The notes beneath the pieces were generated by a model that made no database searches, was not told where the DNA came from, and was given only the letters and a program-made list of their open reading frames with translations. This document shows, one piece after another, positions 20,001-32,195 of a DNA stretch of 64,000 nt. Numbering within the stretch: position 1 is the first letter of the stretch; every line of letters starts with the position of its first letter. Both the position numbers and the translations under genes were made by a program. Source of the stretch: an uncultured Actinomycetota bacterium (lineage in GTDB: Bacteria > Actinomycetota > Actinomycetes > JACCUZ01); assembly GCA_963746465.1 (NCBI GenBank), contig CAVVAY010000007.1, positions 508,937-572,936 on the forward strand, given 5' to 3'.

Positions 20001-20912
20001 TCAGTCTGCCCCGCGGCCGGTGTTCGACGCATTCTCGAGCTCAGGAAGCACCTCGGCGGCGGCTTGTTCCAGCACGCCGACGTCACCGGCGTACACGCCT
20101 TCCGGCCGTGGCCAGTGCACCACCACCTCGTGGAAGCCGAGCGCCGCCGCCCGGCCGAGGACGTCGCGCAGGTGCTCGACCGACGACGGCCCGAAGGCAC
20201 CGGAGGCGTCCACGCTGAGGAAGCGCTGGAGGTCGGTGGGGTCGCGGCCCTCGGCGGCCAGCGCCGCGTCGAGCCACTCGCAGGCGGCAGGCAGTGCCGC
20301 CCACCACCGCGTCTCGCCGTCCTCCGGGGGAGTGACGCCGGTCGTCACCCAGGCCTGCCCGTGGCGGGCCGCGACCCGCATCGCCCGCGGTCCGTTGGCG
20401 GCCACGACGAACGGCAGTCGGGGCTGCTGCACGCAGCCGGGGTGCATCCGGGCGTCCCGGGCGGTGAACCACTCGCCGTCGTACGTCGTGGTCGGTGACG
20501 TCAGCAACCGGTCGAGCAGCTCGACGAACTCGGCGAACCGCTCCACCCGCTGTCGCGGTGCCAGGTCCGGATCGCCGAGCACCGTGGCGTCGAACCCGGG
20601 ACCACCGGCTCCTACGCCGAGCTGGAAGCGACCCTGCGACACGTCGTCGAGGGTCATCAGCTCCTTGGCGAACGGAACCGGGTGGCGGAAGTTGGGCGAC
20701 GCCACGAACGTGCCGAGGCGGATCCTTGTCGTGACGAGCGCTGCCGCGGTCAGGGTCGGGACGGTGCCGAACCACGGACCGTCGGCCAGCGAGCGCCAGG
20801 CGAGATGGTCGTAGGTCCAGGCGGAGTGGTAACCCCACGCGTCCAGCTGCTGCCACTGCCGCCGGGCGTGCTCCCAGCGCAGCTCCGGTAGGACGACGAC
20901 ACCGAGGCGCAT
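20001..20912 (-). CDS. LLM-class (luciferase-like) flavin/F420-dependent oxidoreductase
   Basis: The 303-aa TIM-barrel LLM sequence includes GVGAGG and the conserved N-terminal MRLGVVVLPE. Confidence 0.85.
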   Translation of the reverse strand: MRLGVVVLPELRWEHARRQWQQLDAWGYHSAWTYDHLAWRSLADGPWFGTVPTLTAAALVTTRIRLGTFVASPNFRHPVPFAKELMTLDDVSQGRFQLGVGAGGPGFDATVLGDPDLAPRQRVERFAEFVELLDRLLTSPTTTYDGEWFTARDARMHPGCVQQPRLPFVVAANGPRAMRVAARHGQAWVTTGVTPPEDGETRWWAALPAACEWLDAALAAEGRDPTDLQRFLSVDASGAFGPSSVEHLRDVLGRAAALGFHEVVVHWPRPEGVYAGDVGVLEQAAAEVLPELENASNTGRGAD

Positions 20913-20987
20913 CCCGCGAGACTAGGCGGGCGCCGATGAGTTCTGCGGTGCCGACCGGTCTGACAAGGCGGGAGAGAGGACCCGGAC

Positions 20988-21581
20988 ATGACTGTGAACG
21001 CGACCATCACCCAGTCCGTCGACGGCTACATCGCCGGCCCGGACGACGGCCCCTCCGCGGGACTCGGGATCGGCGGCGAGCGGCTGCACTACTGGGTCTT
21101 CGGCGGGCCGTGGTCCTACGACGAGCACCCGGACACCGAGGCGACCGGCGAGGACAAGGCCTTCCTGGACGACGCGATGTCGAGGGGCGGCGCCAGCGTC
21201 TGCGGCCGGTGGATGTACGAAGCAGCCGGCCACTGGGGTGACAAGAACCCGTGGGGCATGCCGGTCTTCGTCGTGACCCATCGGCCCGAGGAGCAGCCCG
21301 AGGGCGGCGAGTTCGCCTTCGTCGACGGCGTGGAGAAGGCCGTCGCGATGGCGGTCGAGGCGGCCGGCGACAAGGACGTCAGCATCGCGGGCGGCGCCGA
21401 CGTCATCCGGCAGGCGCTCGCGGCCGGCCTGGTCGACGAGCTCACGATCATCACCGCACCTCTGGTGCTCGGAGGGGGCAAGCGGCTCTTCGACGGCTTC
21501 ACCCAGGACGTCGAGCTCGAGCACGTCGGCCTCCGCCAGTCGCCGTACGCGACCTTCGTCACCTACCGCGTGAAGCGCTGA
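20988..21581 (+). CDS. dihydrofolate reductase family protein (RibD C-terminal domain-like)
   Basis: The sequence (MTVNATITQSVDGYIAG...DELTIITAPLVLGGGKRLF) is 197 aa. Confidence 0.8.
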   Translation: MTVNATITQSVDGYIAGPDDGPSAGLGIGGERLHYWVFGGPWSYDEHPDTEATGEDKAFLDDAMSRGGASVCGRWMYEAAGHWGDKNPWGMPVFVVTHRPEEQPEGGEFAFVDGVEKAVAMAVEAAGDKDVSIAGGADVIRQALAAGLVDELTIITAPLVLGGGKRLFDGFTQDVELEHVGLRQSPYATFVTYRVKR

Positions 21582-21663
21582 CCGCCGGATCACATGATCC
21601 ACACCGGATCGGTACGCCGTTGTGTGACCGATCCGGTGTGGATCACGAAGTTGGCAGGCGGGG

Positions 21664-23649
<1,986 letters not shown>

Positions 23650-23796
23650 GGGTGCTCCTCGGCTCGTACGTCGGCTCGCTCTACCGCCTACCCCACCAGG
23701 CTCGCGCCCGGGCGGCAAGGGCGGGTCGTGCGGACACCGGGGCGGTCCGGCCGCGCGCCATGGGGGAGCGCGCGGACGGTCCGCCCGGCCGGTGGA

Positions 23797-25494
23797 TCAG
23801 TGCGAGCCGGCCTTCTCCATGCCGATCCCGGTCAGCGACCGCACCTCGAGCTCGGCCGCCTTGCGCTCGTTGTGCTCCTTGGACAGCACGGTCCCGAGCC
23901 AGCCGCAGAGGAAGCCGATCGGGATCGAGACCAGGCCCGGGTTGTCCAGCGGGAACCAGTGGAAGTCCACGCCCGGGTCGGTGAACAATGACGGGCTCTT
24001 GCCCTCGACGGCCGGCTTCCCCGACACCACCGGCGAGAAGATGACCAGGACCAGCGCCGAGATCAGGCCGCCATAGATCGCCGATACCGCGCCGGTCGTG
24101 TTGAACCGTTTCCAGAACAGCGAGTAGAGGATCGCCGGCAGGTTGCCCGATGCGGCGACCGCGAAGGCCAGCGCCACGAGGAAGGCGACGTTGAGCTTCT
24201 GGGCGAAGATCGACAGCACGATCGCCACGGCGCCGATGACGAACGCGGACACCCGGGCGACCTTCACCTCCTGGCCCTCCGGTGCCTCACCGCGGTGCAC
24301 GTAGTTGGCGTAGATGTCGTGCGCCACCGAGGACGACGACGCAAGGGTCAGGCCGGCCACCACCGCCAGGATCGTCGCGAAGGCGACCGAGGCGATGAAT
24401 GCCAGCATGATCGTGCCGCCCGTGCTGCCGAACACGTCGGCGCCGATCTCGCGGGCGAGCTGTGGCGCGGCTGTGTTGCCGGCTGCGTCCTGGGCGATGA
24501 TCGCCTCCGGTCCCACCAGAGCCGCCGCACCGAACCCGAGGGCCAGCGTCATCAGGTAGAACGAGCCGATGATCCAGATGCCCCACACGACCGACTTCCG
24601 GGCTGCCCGCGCGGTCGGCACCGTGTAGAAGCGGATCAGGATGTGCGGCAGCCCGGCGGTGCCGAGGACCAGCGCGAGGCCCAGGCTGATCAGGTCCAGC
24701 TTGCTGTAGAGCGTCGCCTTCGCGTCCGCCTCGCCGGCCGCGTTGACAACGTCCTTGCCGTAGCGCAGACCGGGCTCGAGGAAGTCCTTGCCCTTCCCGC
24801 TCTTGTCCGCAGCGGTGCCCAGCAGGTCGCTGACGTTCCAGCCGAACTTGAACATCACCATCAGGGTCAGCAGGGTGGCGCCGGTCATCAGGAGGAGCGC
24901 CTTGATGATCTGGATGTACGTCGTGCCCTTCATCCCGCCGACCGTGACGTAGAAGATCATCAGGATGCCGACGGCGACGATGGTGAGGTTCTTCGCGGTC
25001 TGCGAGGAGACACCCAGCAGCAGCGACACCAGGGCGCCGGCGCCGACCATCTGGGCGAGCAGGTAGAAGATCGACACGACGACCGTCGACACGCCGGCCG
25101 CGGCGCGCACCGGGCGCTGCCGCATCCGGAAGGCGAGGACGTCACCCATCGTGTACTTGCCGGAGTTGCGCATCAGCTCGGCCACCAGGAGCAGAGCGAC
25201 CAGCCAGGCCACCAGGAAGCCGATGGAGTAGAGGAAGCCGTCGTACCCGTACAGGGCGATGATCCCGGCGATACCGAGGAACGACGCGGCCGACATGTAG
25301 TCGCCGCCGATCGCGACGCCGTTCTGCACGGCCGAGAACGAGCGACCGCCGGCATAGAAGTCCGCCGCGGTCTTGGTCTGGCGCGACGCCCACACCGTGA
25401 TGGCCAGGGTGACACCGACGAAGGCGAGGAACAGCACGCTGGTCAGGGCCTGCTGGCCGCCCGAGACCTCGGCTGCGAGAACGGTCCCGGTCAT
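23797..25494 (-). CDS. actP: cation/acetate symporter ActP (sodium:solute symporter family)
   Basis: It is a 565-aa multi-TM SSF protein. It lies between the DUF485 gene and acs in the canonical arrangement. Confidence 0.9.
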   Translation of the reverse strand: MTGTVLAAEVSGGQQALTSVLFLAFVGVTLAITVWASRQTKTAADFYAGGRSFSAVQNGVAIGGDYMSAASFLGIAGIIALYGYDGFLYSIGFLVAWLVALLLVAELMRNSGKYTMGDVLAFRMRQRPVRAAAGVSTVVVSIFYLLAQMVGAGALVSLLLGVSSQTAKNLTIVAVGILMIFYVTVGGMKGTTYIQIIKALLLMTGATLLTLMVMFKFGWNVSDLLGTAADKSGKGKDFLEPGLRYGKDVVNAAGEADAKATLYSKLDLISLGLALVLGTAGLPHILIRFYTVPTARAARKSVVWGIWIIGSFYLMTLALGFGAAALVGPEAIIAQDAAGNTAAPQLAREIGADVFGSTGGTIMLAFIASVAFATILAVVAGLTLASSSSVAHDIYANYVHRGEAPEGQEVKVARVSAFVIGAVAIVLSIFAQKLNVAFLVALAFAVAASGNLPAILYSLFWKRFNTTGAVSAIYGGLISALVLVIFSPVVSGKPAVEGKSPSLFTDPGVDFHWFPLDNPGLVSIPIGFLCGWLGTVLSKEHNERKAAELEVRSLTGIGMEKAGSH

Positions 25495-25838
25495 GGCCGC
25501 ACCTCTCCCTCGAACGTGCCCCGGATCCCCTCGGCGAGGGGGTCGACCTTGTTGTCCATGTGCCGCTCGTAGAGCCAGGCGATCAGGAAGGTGGAGACGA
25601 ACTGCAGGAGGCCGAAGACATAGGCCACGTTGATGTTGCCGAGCAGCTCGTGGCCCATGAAGTCACGGGCGTAACCCGAGGCCAGCACGTAGAGCAGGTA
25701 CCAGCTGAGGAAGACGATCGTCATGGGGAAGGCGAAGGCGCGGAACCTCTTGCGCAGCTCGATGAACTCGGCGCTGCGCTGGAGGGCAACGAGTCGGTCG
25801 GCTTCCTCGTCGGTTCTGCTACTGCCGCTGCTGCTCAC
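25491..25838 (-). CDS. DUF485 domain membrane protein (YjcH-like ActP partner)
   Basis: The GTG start at 25838 is preceded by the AAGGAGG Shine-Dalgarno and the stop overlaps the actP start as ATGA. It has two TM helices. Confidence 0.8.
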   Translation of the reverse strand: MSSSGSSRTDEEADRLVALQRSAEFIELRKRFRAFAFPMTIVFLSWYLLYVLASGYARDFMGHELLGNINVAYVFGLLQFVSTFLIAWLYERHMDNKVDPLAEGIRGTFEGEVRP

Positions 25839-25913
25839 CGGGCCTCCTTGAGGGGCGTGGGCGCGCTCCCGCCTGCTGCGGGAGTGGTGATCGCTCACTC
25901 GGGGGGCTGCCCG

Positions 25914-26852
25914 ATGTTTAGAACGGGTAAACGCGTGGATGATCGCCCGGTGTCGCCCGCCGTCGCCCGCTGCGGGGGCGGCGACCTATCGTCGAGCCCC
26001 GTGACCTCCTCGCCGGCCGGTACCGATCCCGCCGCCCACCTCGCGACCCTGCCCGGCGTGGCCGAGGCCGTGGACCGGGCCCGCCGCGCGGTCGACGACC
26101 TGCGCGGCCACCGGGTGCTCCGGCGCTCTGCCGACCGGGTAGCAGCCGAGTCCGCGCTGCGCGGCGCCCGGGCCTCGGCGGCGCTGGCCGGCGCAGATGT
26201 GCCGCTCGACGTCCTCCGCACGGCTCTGACCCCGTCCGCAGAATCCGGTGATCATGAAGCTTCCACCCCTCAAGTGGGGGGCCAAACCTTCATGATCACC
26301 GACGGTGAGCAGCTGGCTGACGCCGACCCGGGCGTGGTGCAGGGTGCGCTGCGGGTCGCGGCCGAGATCGGTCCGCTGCGGGCCACCTGGGCGCAGGCGC
26401 CGCTGCAGGTGGTGGCCAGGTTGCACACGCTGGCCGCCGCAGGCTCGGTGCCGGACGACGAGCTCGGCCGGCCGGCTGCCGGCGCTGCCACCCGGCTGGC
26501 CGGCCTCGGCCAGCTGCTGACCGCGTCGAGCAGCGCACCGGCCCTCGTGGTCGCCGCCGTGGTGCACGGCGAGCTGGCGACGATGGGTGCCTTCGCGGTC
26601 GGCGCCGGGATCGTCGGGCGGGCTGCCGGTCGGCTCACGATGGTCGGGCGGGGGCTGGATCCGACGGCGGTGTCGGTGCCCGAGGTGGGACACGTCGAGC
26701 TGGGCCGCGAGACATACCTGCAGGCGTTGGCCGGCTACCTGCAGGGCGGCCCCGACGGCATCGCGGCCTGGGTGGTGCACTGCGCCGAGGCGGTGGTCCT
26801 CGGAGCACGCGAGGGCGTCGCGATCTGCGAGTCGATCCAGCGCGGCGGCTGA
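25914..26852 (+). CDS. conserved hypothetical protein (occupies the position of Mtb Rv3662c), start uncertain
   Basis: The long ORF has high GC3. The first ATG, at 25914, sits in AT-rich sequence. Alternative GTG starts are available up to 26001. An AT-rich palindromic segment lies in frame (see findings). Confidence 0.45.
   Translation: MFRTGKRVDDRPVSPAVARCGGGDLSSSPVTSSPAGTDPAAHLATLPGVAEAVDRARRAVDDLRGHRVLRRSADRVAAESALRGARASAALAGADVPLDVLRTALTPSAESGDHEASTPQVGGQTFMITDGEQLADADPGVVQGALRVAAEIGPLRATWAQAPLQVVARLHTLAAAGSVPDDELGRPAAGAATRLAGLGQLLTASSSAPALVVAAVVHGELATMGAFAVGAGIVGRAAGRLTMVGRGLDPTAVSVPEVGHVELGRETYLQALAGYLQGGPDGIAAWVVHCAEAVVLGAREGVAICESIQRGG
26247..26301. repeat. nested palindrome: GGTGATCATGAAG-N29-CTTCATGATCACC enclosing CCCC-tcaagt-GGGG
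   Basis: Read from the sequence. Its GC content is markedly lower than the flanks. It lies inside the 25914-26852 ORF and preserves the reading frame. Confidence 0.6.
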
Positions 26853-26885
26853 CGGCGTACCAGCCGACGGGACCGAACGACAAAG

Positions 26886-26910
26886 AGCGGCGCCCCCGAG
26901 AGGGCGCCGC
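26886..26910. terminator. GC-rich hairpin GCGGCGCCC-ccgagag-GGCGCCGC between convergent genes
   Basis: Read from the sequence. It sits in the 230-bp gap between the convergent 25914-26852 and HAD genes. No U-tract follows. Confidence 0.35.
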
Positions 26911-27083
26911 CTTGGGGCACGTCAGACCGGGTTACCAGGCGTGCACCATTCGTCGGGAGACCAGGACTAGCCTGGCTCGCCGGCCCGTACATGGGCAGGT
27001 CGCCGCGTGGGTACTCAGCTGCCGTGCTTCACCCTCAGGTGTAACGCACCAACGGTGTCGGGGGAAGGGCCCGCGGCCCTTCT

Positions 27084-27977
27084 TTACCTGCCTCGCAGGC
27101 CAGCGCGGCGTGTCGCGCGACCGACACGCGGCAGCCGTTGGCGGGCCGCACCTCTGCGCCGCGCCGCGAACCAGACGACCCCCGCCGTCGCCGCACCCGC
27201 GCTCATCGCGACCGCCGCCAACGTGCTCGGCTGCGGAAGGGTGACGCCGGCGAACCGGTCGCGCAGCCGAACCGGACGGGTGAACACGAGCATCGGCCAG
27301 TCCCGCGCCGCAGCCTCCTTGCGCAGACCGCGGTCCGGGTTCACGGCGTACGGGTGCCCGACGGCCTCGAGCATCGGCAGGTCGGTCGACGAGTCGCTGT
27401 AGGCGTAGCTGCGCGACAGGTCGTAGCCCTCGGTCTCGGCCAGCTCGCGGATCGCGGCCGCCTTGGTCTCGGCGTACGCGTAGTACTCGATCGCCCCGGA
27501 GTACTTGCCGTCCTCGACCACCATCCGGGTGGCGATCACGTGGTCGGCGCCGAGCATCTGCCCGATCGGCTCGACGACCTCGGCGCCCGAGGTGCTGACG
27601 ATCACCACGTCCCGGCCGGCGAGATGGTGCTCCTCGATCAGCGTCGCGGCCTCTTCGTAGATCAGCGGGTCGATCAGCTGGTGCAGGGTCTCGGCGACGA
27701 TCACCTTGACCTGCTCGACGTCCCAGCCGGTCGCCATCGACGACAGGTAGGCCCGCATCCGCTCCATCTGGTCGTGGTCGGCGCCGCCGACCAGGTAGAC
27801 GAACTGGGCGTAGGCGCTGCGCAGAACGGTCCGCCGGTTGATCAACCCGCCCTGGTAGAACGACCGGCTGAACGCCAGCGTGCTCGACTTCGCGATGATC
27901 GTCTTGTCGAGGTCGAAGAACGCGGCGGTCCGGGTGGGAACAGCTGCAGGCGTCCGGGGCTGGGCGGGGTCGGCCAC
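27084..27977 (-). CDS. HAD-IB family hydrolase (phosphoserine phosphatase-like)
   Basis: It has the FFDLDKTII motif I. GTG start at 27977 (VADPAQP...). GC3 falls upstream of that point. The 367-aa track ORF is over-extended. It is syntenic with Mtb Rv3661. Confidence 0.7.
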   Translation of the reverse strand: MADPAQPRTPAAVPTRTAAFFDLDKTIIAKSSTLAFSRSFYQGGLINRRTVLRSAYAQFVYLVGGADHDQMERMRAYLSSMATGWDVEQVKVIVAETLHQLIDPLIYEEAATLIEEHHLAGRDVVIVSTSGAEVVEPIGQMLGADHVIATRMVVEDGKYSGAIEYYAYAETKAAAIRELAETEGYDLSRSYAYSDSSTDLPMLEAVGHPYAVNPDRGLRKEAAARDWPMLVFTRPVRLRDRFAGVTLPQPSTLAAVAMSAGAATAGVVWFAARRRGAARQRLPRVGRATRRAGLRGR

Positions 27978-28121
27978 GTATCGAGCATAGGGACGGCAAA
28001 ATCCGCCCTGTGCGGGGGCGCAACGTTTGCGTGTCGGGCCGAGACGGGTACATCCTGGACCTGGAGCTTCGCTGCGACGAAGCACCCAGTGTCCGGCCCA
28101 TCCCCCCCGGGTCGGACCGCA

Positions 28122-28155
28122 GACGGCCCCCGCTCTCCCCCCGGCGGGGGCCGTC
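28122..28155. promoter_or_regulatory. 10-bp perfect inverted repeat GACGGCCCCC-N14-GGGGGCCGTC in the Tad-locus leader
   Basis: Read from the sequence. It lies about 110 bp upstream of the ssd/cpaE-like start, in the 290-bp divergent intergenic region. Confidence 0.3.
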
Positions 28156-28267
28156 GCATGTCCGTCCCCAGGTCGACCGCCGCTCACCGTCTTCCCCAGA
28201 TGCCTCCGCGGGTCCGTCGGCGGCCGTCGTCCCGGGCCACCGTGGTCACCCGACCTCGGAGGTTGCC

Positions 28268-29329
28268 GTGCCCGCTCGACCGCTGCTGCTCACCGGCGAC
28301 CCGGCCCTGCTCGACGACCTGCTGCGGCTGGCCGCGTCGGCCGGTGTCGAGACCGAGGTCGCCCACGACGTCGTCGCGGCCCGCGGTCCCTGGGCCGCCG
28401 CACCGCTGGTGCTGGTGGGCGTGGACGCCGTCGGCGAGCTGGCGCGGGCCGCACTGCCGCGTCGGCCCGGCGTGCTGGTGGTGCCGACGGACCTGGACGA
28501 CGACGGGGTCTGGGCACTCGCATCGGCCGCCGGTGCCGAGTCGGTGCAGCCGTTGCCCGGTGCCGAGGTGCTGCTCGCCGACCGGCTGGCAGCCTCGGCC
28601 GACGGTCCGGTGCGCGGGGCGACCGTCGCGGTCCTGGGGGGTCGCGGGGGTGCCGGTGCGTCGACCCTTGCGTGTGCCCTGTCCCGCGTCGCAAGGGACA
28701 GCCGCGCGGTGCTGCTCGTGGACGCCGACCCGTACGGCGGCGGGCTGGACCTGCTGATGGGCGCCGAGGACCTGCCGGGCCTGCGCTGGCCGGACCTGGC
28801 CACGGCCCGGGGACGCGCCAGCCCGGACGAGCTGCGGGCGGCGCTGCCCCGCGCCGACGGCGTGACCCTGCTGTCCTGGCACCGCGGCGAACCGGTCGAG
28901 CTGCCACCGGCGGCGATGGACCTCGTCCTCGGAGCCGGTCGGCGCGGTCACGACCTGGTCGTCGTCGATCTCCCGCGCAGCCTGGACCCGGCCGCCATGA
29001 CGGCGGTCTCCGCTGCCGACACCGTGCTGCTCGTCGTGCCGGCCGAGGTCCGATCGGTGGCGGCGGCCCGTCAGCTGGTGGCCCTGCTCGCCGGCCGGGT
29101 CGCCGACCTCCGGCTGGTCGTGCGCGGCCCGTCACCGGCCCGGTTGACCGACCGGCTGGTCGCTGCCGAGCTCGGCCTGCCCCTGGTCGGCTGGCTGGCC
29201 CCGGAGCCCGGGCTGGCCGGTGCGCAGGAACGTGGCGAGCCGCCGGGCCGCACCGGTCGCGGACCGCTGGCCCGGCTGTGTGCCGGGCTGCTCGCCGACC
29301 TCACCGGAGCCGCGGGCCGGGTGGCGTGA
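28268..29329 (+). CDS. septum-site-determining / CpaE-like (TadZ-like) ParA-superfamily protein of the Tad locus
   Basis: The GTG start has a GGAGG Shine-Dalgarno 5 nt upstream. The ParA/MinD-like fold has a lysine-less P-loop, GGRGGAGAST. It is syntenic with Mtb Rv3660c. Confidence 0.75.
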   Translation: MPARPLLLTGDPALLDDLLRLAASAGVETEVAHDVVAARGPWAAAPLVLVGVDAVGELARAALPRRPGVLVVPTDLDDDGVWALASAAGAESVQPLPGAEVLLADRLAASADGPVRGATVAVLGGRGGAGASTLACALSRVARDSRAVLLVDADPYGGGLDLLMGAEDLPGLRWPDLATARGRASPDELRAALPRADGVTLLSWHRGEPVELPPAAMDLVLGAGRRGHDLVVVDLPRSLDPAAMTAVSAADTVLLVVPAEVRSVAAARQLVALLAGRVADLRLVVRGPSPARLTDRLVAAELGLPLVGWLAPEPGLAGAQERGEPPGRTGRGPLARLCAGLLADLTGAAGRVA

Positions 29330-30483
29330 GCACCCACCCGGCGCTGGTGACCCGGGTCGCCGAACGGCTCGCGCTCGCCGGGCAGGCACCGACCGCAGCC
29401 GCCGTGACGACGGCCGTGCGGCACGAGGGTGCGGTGCTGGGCGGCCCGGGGCTGCTCGCGTTGGTGGCCGAGGTCCGCTCCGAGCTGACCGGCTTCGGGC
29501 CGTTGGAGCCGTTGCTCGCCGACGACGAGGTGAGCGACGTCCTCGTCAACGGTCCCGGCGAGGTGTGGGTCGACCGCGGGACCGGGCTGACCCGGGCCGA
29601 CGTCCGGTTCCGCGACGAAGCAGCGGTTCGCCGGCTGGCGCAACGGCTGGCGGCATCGGCCGGGCGGCGCCTCGACGTCGCGCGGCCGACGGTGGACGCG
29701 CGGTTGGCCGGCGGTGTGCGGCTGCACGCCGTCCTGCCGCCGGTGTCACCGGCCGGCACCCTGGTCAGCCTCCGGGTGGCCCGGCGGCGCACCTTCACGC
29801 TGGCCGAGCTGGTGGCTCGCGGCACGGTGCCTCTCGGCCTCGACCACGTCCTGGACGACCTGGTGCTGGCCCGGGTGTCGTTCCTGGTCACCGGCGGCAC
29901 CGGAAGCGGCAAGACGACGTTGCTCGCCACCCTGCTGTCGCGGGTGCCCCTCGCCGAGCGGATCGTGCTGGTGGAGGACTCCGGCGAGCTGGCCCCGAGT
30001 CATCCGCACGTGCTGCGGCTCGAGGCGCGCACCGCGAACGTCGAGGGTGCGGGTGCCGTCGACCTGCGCGCGCTCGTCCGCGAGGCGCTGCGGATGCGCC
30101 CGGACCGGATCGTCGTCGGCGAGGTCCGCGGCGGTGAGGTGGTCGAGCTGCTGGCTGCTCTGAACACCGGCCACGACGGCGGTGCGGGCACCGTGCATGC
30201 GTCGACCGTCGCCGCGGTCCCGGCCCGGCTCGAGGCACTCGCCCTGGCCGCCGGGATGCCGCGTGAAGCGCTGCACAGCCAGCTCGCCGCGGGGGTCCAG
30301 GCCGTCGTGCACCTGGTCCGGACGCCGGCAGGTGAGCGCCGGGTGCGCGAGATCGGGTGCGTGCTGCGCGAGCGAGACGGCTTGACCCGGGTGGCTACGG
30401 CGCTACGGGTCGACGACGCCGGACGGCTCGTCCCCGGCGAGGCGGCGGGCACGTTGACGTCGCTGCTGGCGAGCGGTCCGTGA
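29326..30483 (+). CDS. tadA: CpaF/TadA family type II/IV secretion ATPase
   Basis: It has Walker [10 protein letters not shown], a Walker B/Asp box and a His box. The GTG start overlaps the previous stop as GTGA. Confidence 0.9.
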   Translation: MSTHPALVTRVAERLALAGQAPTAAAVTTAVRHEGAVLGGPGLLALVAEVRSELTGFGPLEPLLADDEVSDVLVNGPGEVWVDRGTGLTRADVRFRDEAAVRRLAQRLAASAGRRLDVARPTVDARLAGGVRLHAVLPPVSPAGTLVSLRVARRRTFTLAELVARGTVPLGLDHVLDDLVLARVSFLVTGGTGSGKTTLLATLLSRVPLAERIVLVEDSGELAPSHPHVLRLEARTANVEGAGAVDLRALVREALRMRPDRIVVGEVRGGEVVELLAALNTGHDGGAGTVHASTVAAVPARLEALALAAGMPREALHSQLAAGVQAVVHLVRTPAGERRVREIGCVLRERDGLTRVATALRVDDAGRLVPGEAAGTLTSLLASGP

Positions 30484-31271
30484 CCCCCGCCGCCGCGTTG
30501 GCCATCGGGTTGGCGGCGGCTGCCGGGGCCGTCCAGCCCGGCGACCGGGGGTCGGTCCTGCAGCGTTTGTCGACGGCTCGCCCCGCTCGTCGACGGCGTC
30601 CCTCGGCGGACCTTGCCTGGTGGGCTCCGGTGCCGGTCGTGGCCGTCCTCGCGGGCTGGTCCGGTCGATCGGTTCTGCTCGGTGCCGCCGCCGGGCTGGC
30701 CGCACTGGCCGGCGCCAGAGCGGTCTCGGCCCGAGCGGCCCGACGTCGCGCGGCCGGCAGACGGGCTGCCGCCGTCGACCTGCTCGGCTCGTTGGCGGCC
30801 GAGCTCCGCGGTGGTGCCCCGCCGCGAGCCGCACTCGCGGAGGCATCGGCTGCACGCCACCCGGCACTTGCCGCGGCGGCCTGTAGCCCGGCCGCCGACG
30901 TCGTGCACGCACTGGCCGCAGCCGACGACGGCGTCGGCCTGCTCGCCGACCTTGCCGTGGCCTGGCGACTCGTCGAGGTCACCGGAGCCCGGCTGGCCGG
31001 ACCGGCGGCCCGGCTGGCCGAGTCGTCGCGGGCCGACGAGGCCGTCCGGCGCGAGGTCGCGGCTCAGTTGGCCGGTCCGCGGGCCACAGCCCTGCTCCTC
31101 GCGCTGCTGCCGTGCGCCGGCATCCTGCTCGGCGTCGGGCTCGGCGCCGACCCAGGCGGTTTCCTGCTCTCGACCGAGCCGGGTCGGCTGTGCCTGCTCG
31201 TCGGTTCGTCGTTGGTTGCGGCCGGCGTCACCTGGACCGAGGCGATCGTCGCCAGGGCCGAGTGTCCGTGA
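30480..31271 (+). CDS. tadB: TadB-like (type II secretion system F-domain) membrane protein
   Basis: The GTG start overlaps the tadA stop. It has multiple TM segments and a length (263 aa) and position typical of TadB. Confidence 0.7.
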   Translation: MTPAAALAIGLAAAAGAVQPGDRGSVLQRLSTARPARRRRPSADLAWWAPVPVVAVLAGWSGRSVLLGAAAGLAALAGARAVSARAARRRAAGRRAAAVDLLGSLAAELRGGAPPRAALAEASAARHPALAAAACSPAADVVHALAAADDGVGLLADLAVAWRLVEVTGARLAGPAARLAESSRADEAVRREVAAQLAGPRATALLLALLPCAGILLGVGLGADPGGFLLSTEPGRLCLLVGSSLVAAGVTWTEAIVARAECP

Positions 31272-31490
31272 CGGCTGCCTCAGCCGCGGTGCTGCTCGCG
31301 GCGCTGGCCGGGTTGGTCGCCGGCCGCGGCCGGTCCGGCGCCACGCGGCTGCGCCGGCTGCGGCGGCTGCGGCGGCGAGTGCCGAGGTCGGGCCGGGCAG
31401 CTGAGCCGGTCTCTCTGCGGCGCCGGACGGTGGCGGGGTCGGAGCCGGCTGCCTGGGTCGCCCGAGCGGTGGTCGGCCGTCGCGGCCGCG

Positions 31491-32042
31491 ATGCTGGTCA
31501 CCGGTCACGGCGCGGGCGCTGTCGTGCTGGTCGTCCTTGCACTGGCCGTGGGCATGCCCCACGCCCGTCGTCGCCGGCAGGCCGCCCTCGCGCAGCGCGT
31601 CGTGGACCGGGACCTCCCCCGGGCCGCGGACCTCACCGCCACCTGCCTGGAGGCGGGGGCTGCGCCGGCGGACGCCCTGATCGCGGTGGGGGACGCGCTC
31701 GGCGGGCCGGTGGGGACGCGCCTACGTTCGGTGTCGCTCGCCGTACGGGCGGGTTCCGACCTTCCCGACCTCGCGCGCCCTGACGACACGGACCCGCTCG
31801 CGGCCCTGCTCCGCGCGGTCGCCCGGGCGACAGCCACCGGGGCGCCGCTCGCGGACTCGGTGCGCGACGTCGCGGCCGACCAGCGGGAGCGTGCCCGTTG
31901 GCTGGCGCTCGAGCGCGCCCGCCGGGCCGGGGTATACGCCGTCGGCCCGCTCGCCGTGTGCTTCCTCCCGGCGTTCGTCGTGGTCGGCGTCGTGCCGGTC
32001 GTCGTCGGCGTCGCCCGGACGCTCCTTGCCGGCTGGTCGTGA
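31491..32042 (+). CDS. tadC: TadC-like (T2SS F-domain) membrane protein
   Basis: The 183-aa product has N- and C-terminal TM helices and a size matching mycobacterial TadC. A 220-bp gap to tadB contains an alternative frame (see findings). Confidence 0.55.
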   Translation: MLVTGHGAGAVVLVVLALAVGMPHARRRRQAALAQRVVDRDLPRAADLTATCLEAGAAPADALIAVGDALGGPVGTRLRSVSLAVRAGSDLPDLARPDDTDPLAALLRAVARATATGAPLADSVRDVAADQRERARWLALERARRAGVYAVGPLAVCFLPAFVVVGVVPVVVGVARTLLAGWS

Positions 32043-32195
32043 CCCGTCCACAGCCGGCCGAAGGTGGCGGTCCGTCCACATCTCCGGTCGGCGTCGGCTG
32101 GAAGGCACCGTCGCCGCCCACCGTGGAGGTGGGCCGGGCGACACCGGTCACCGATGGCGCCGCCGGTCGTGGCGCGGCACGAGCTGAGGTGAGAC

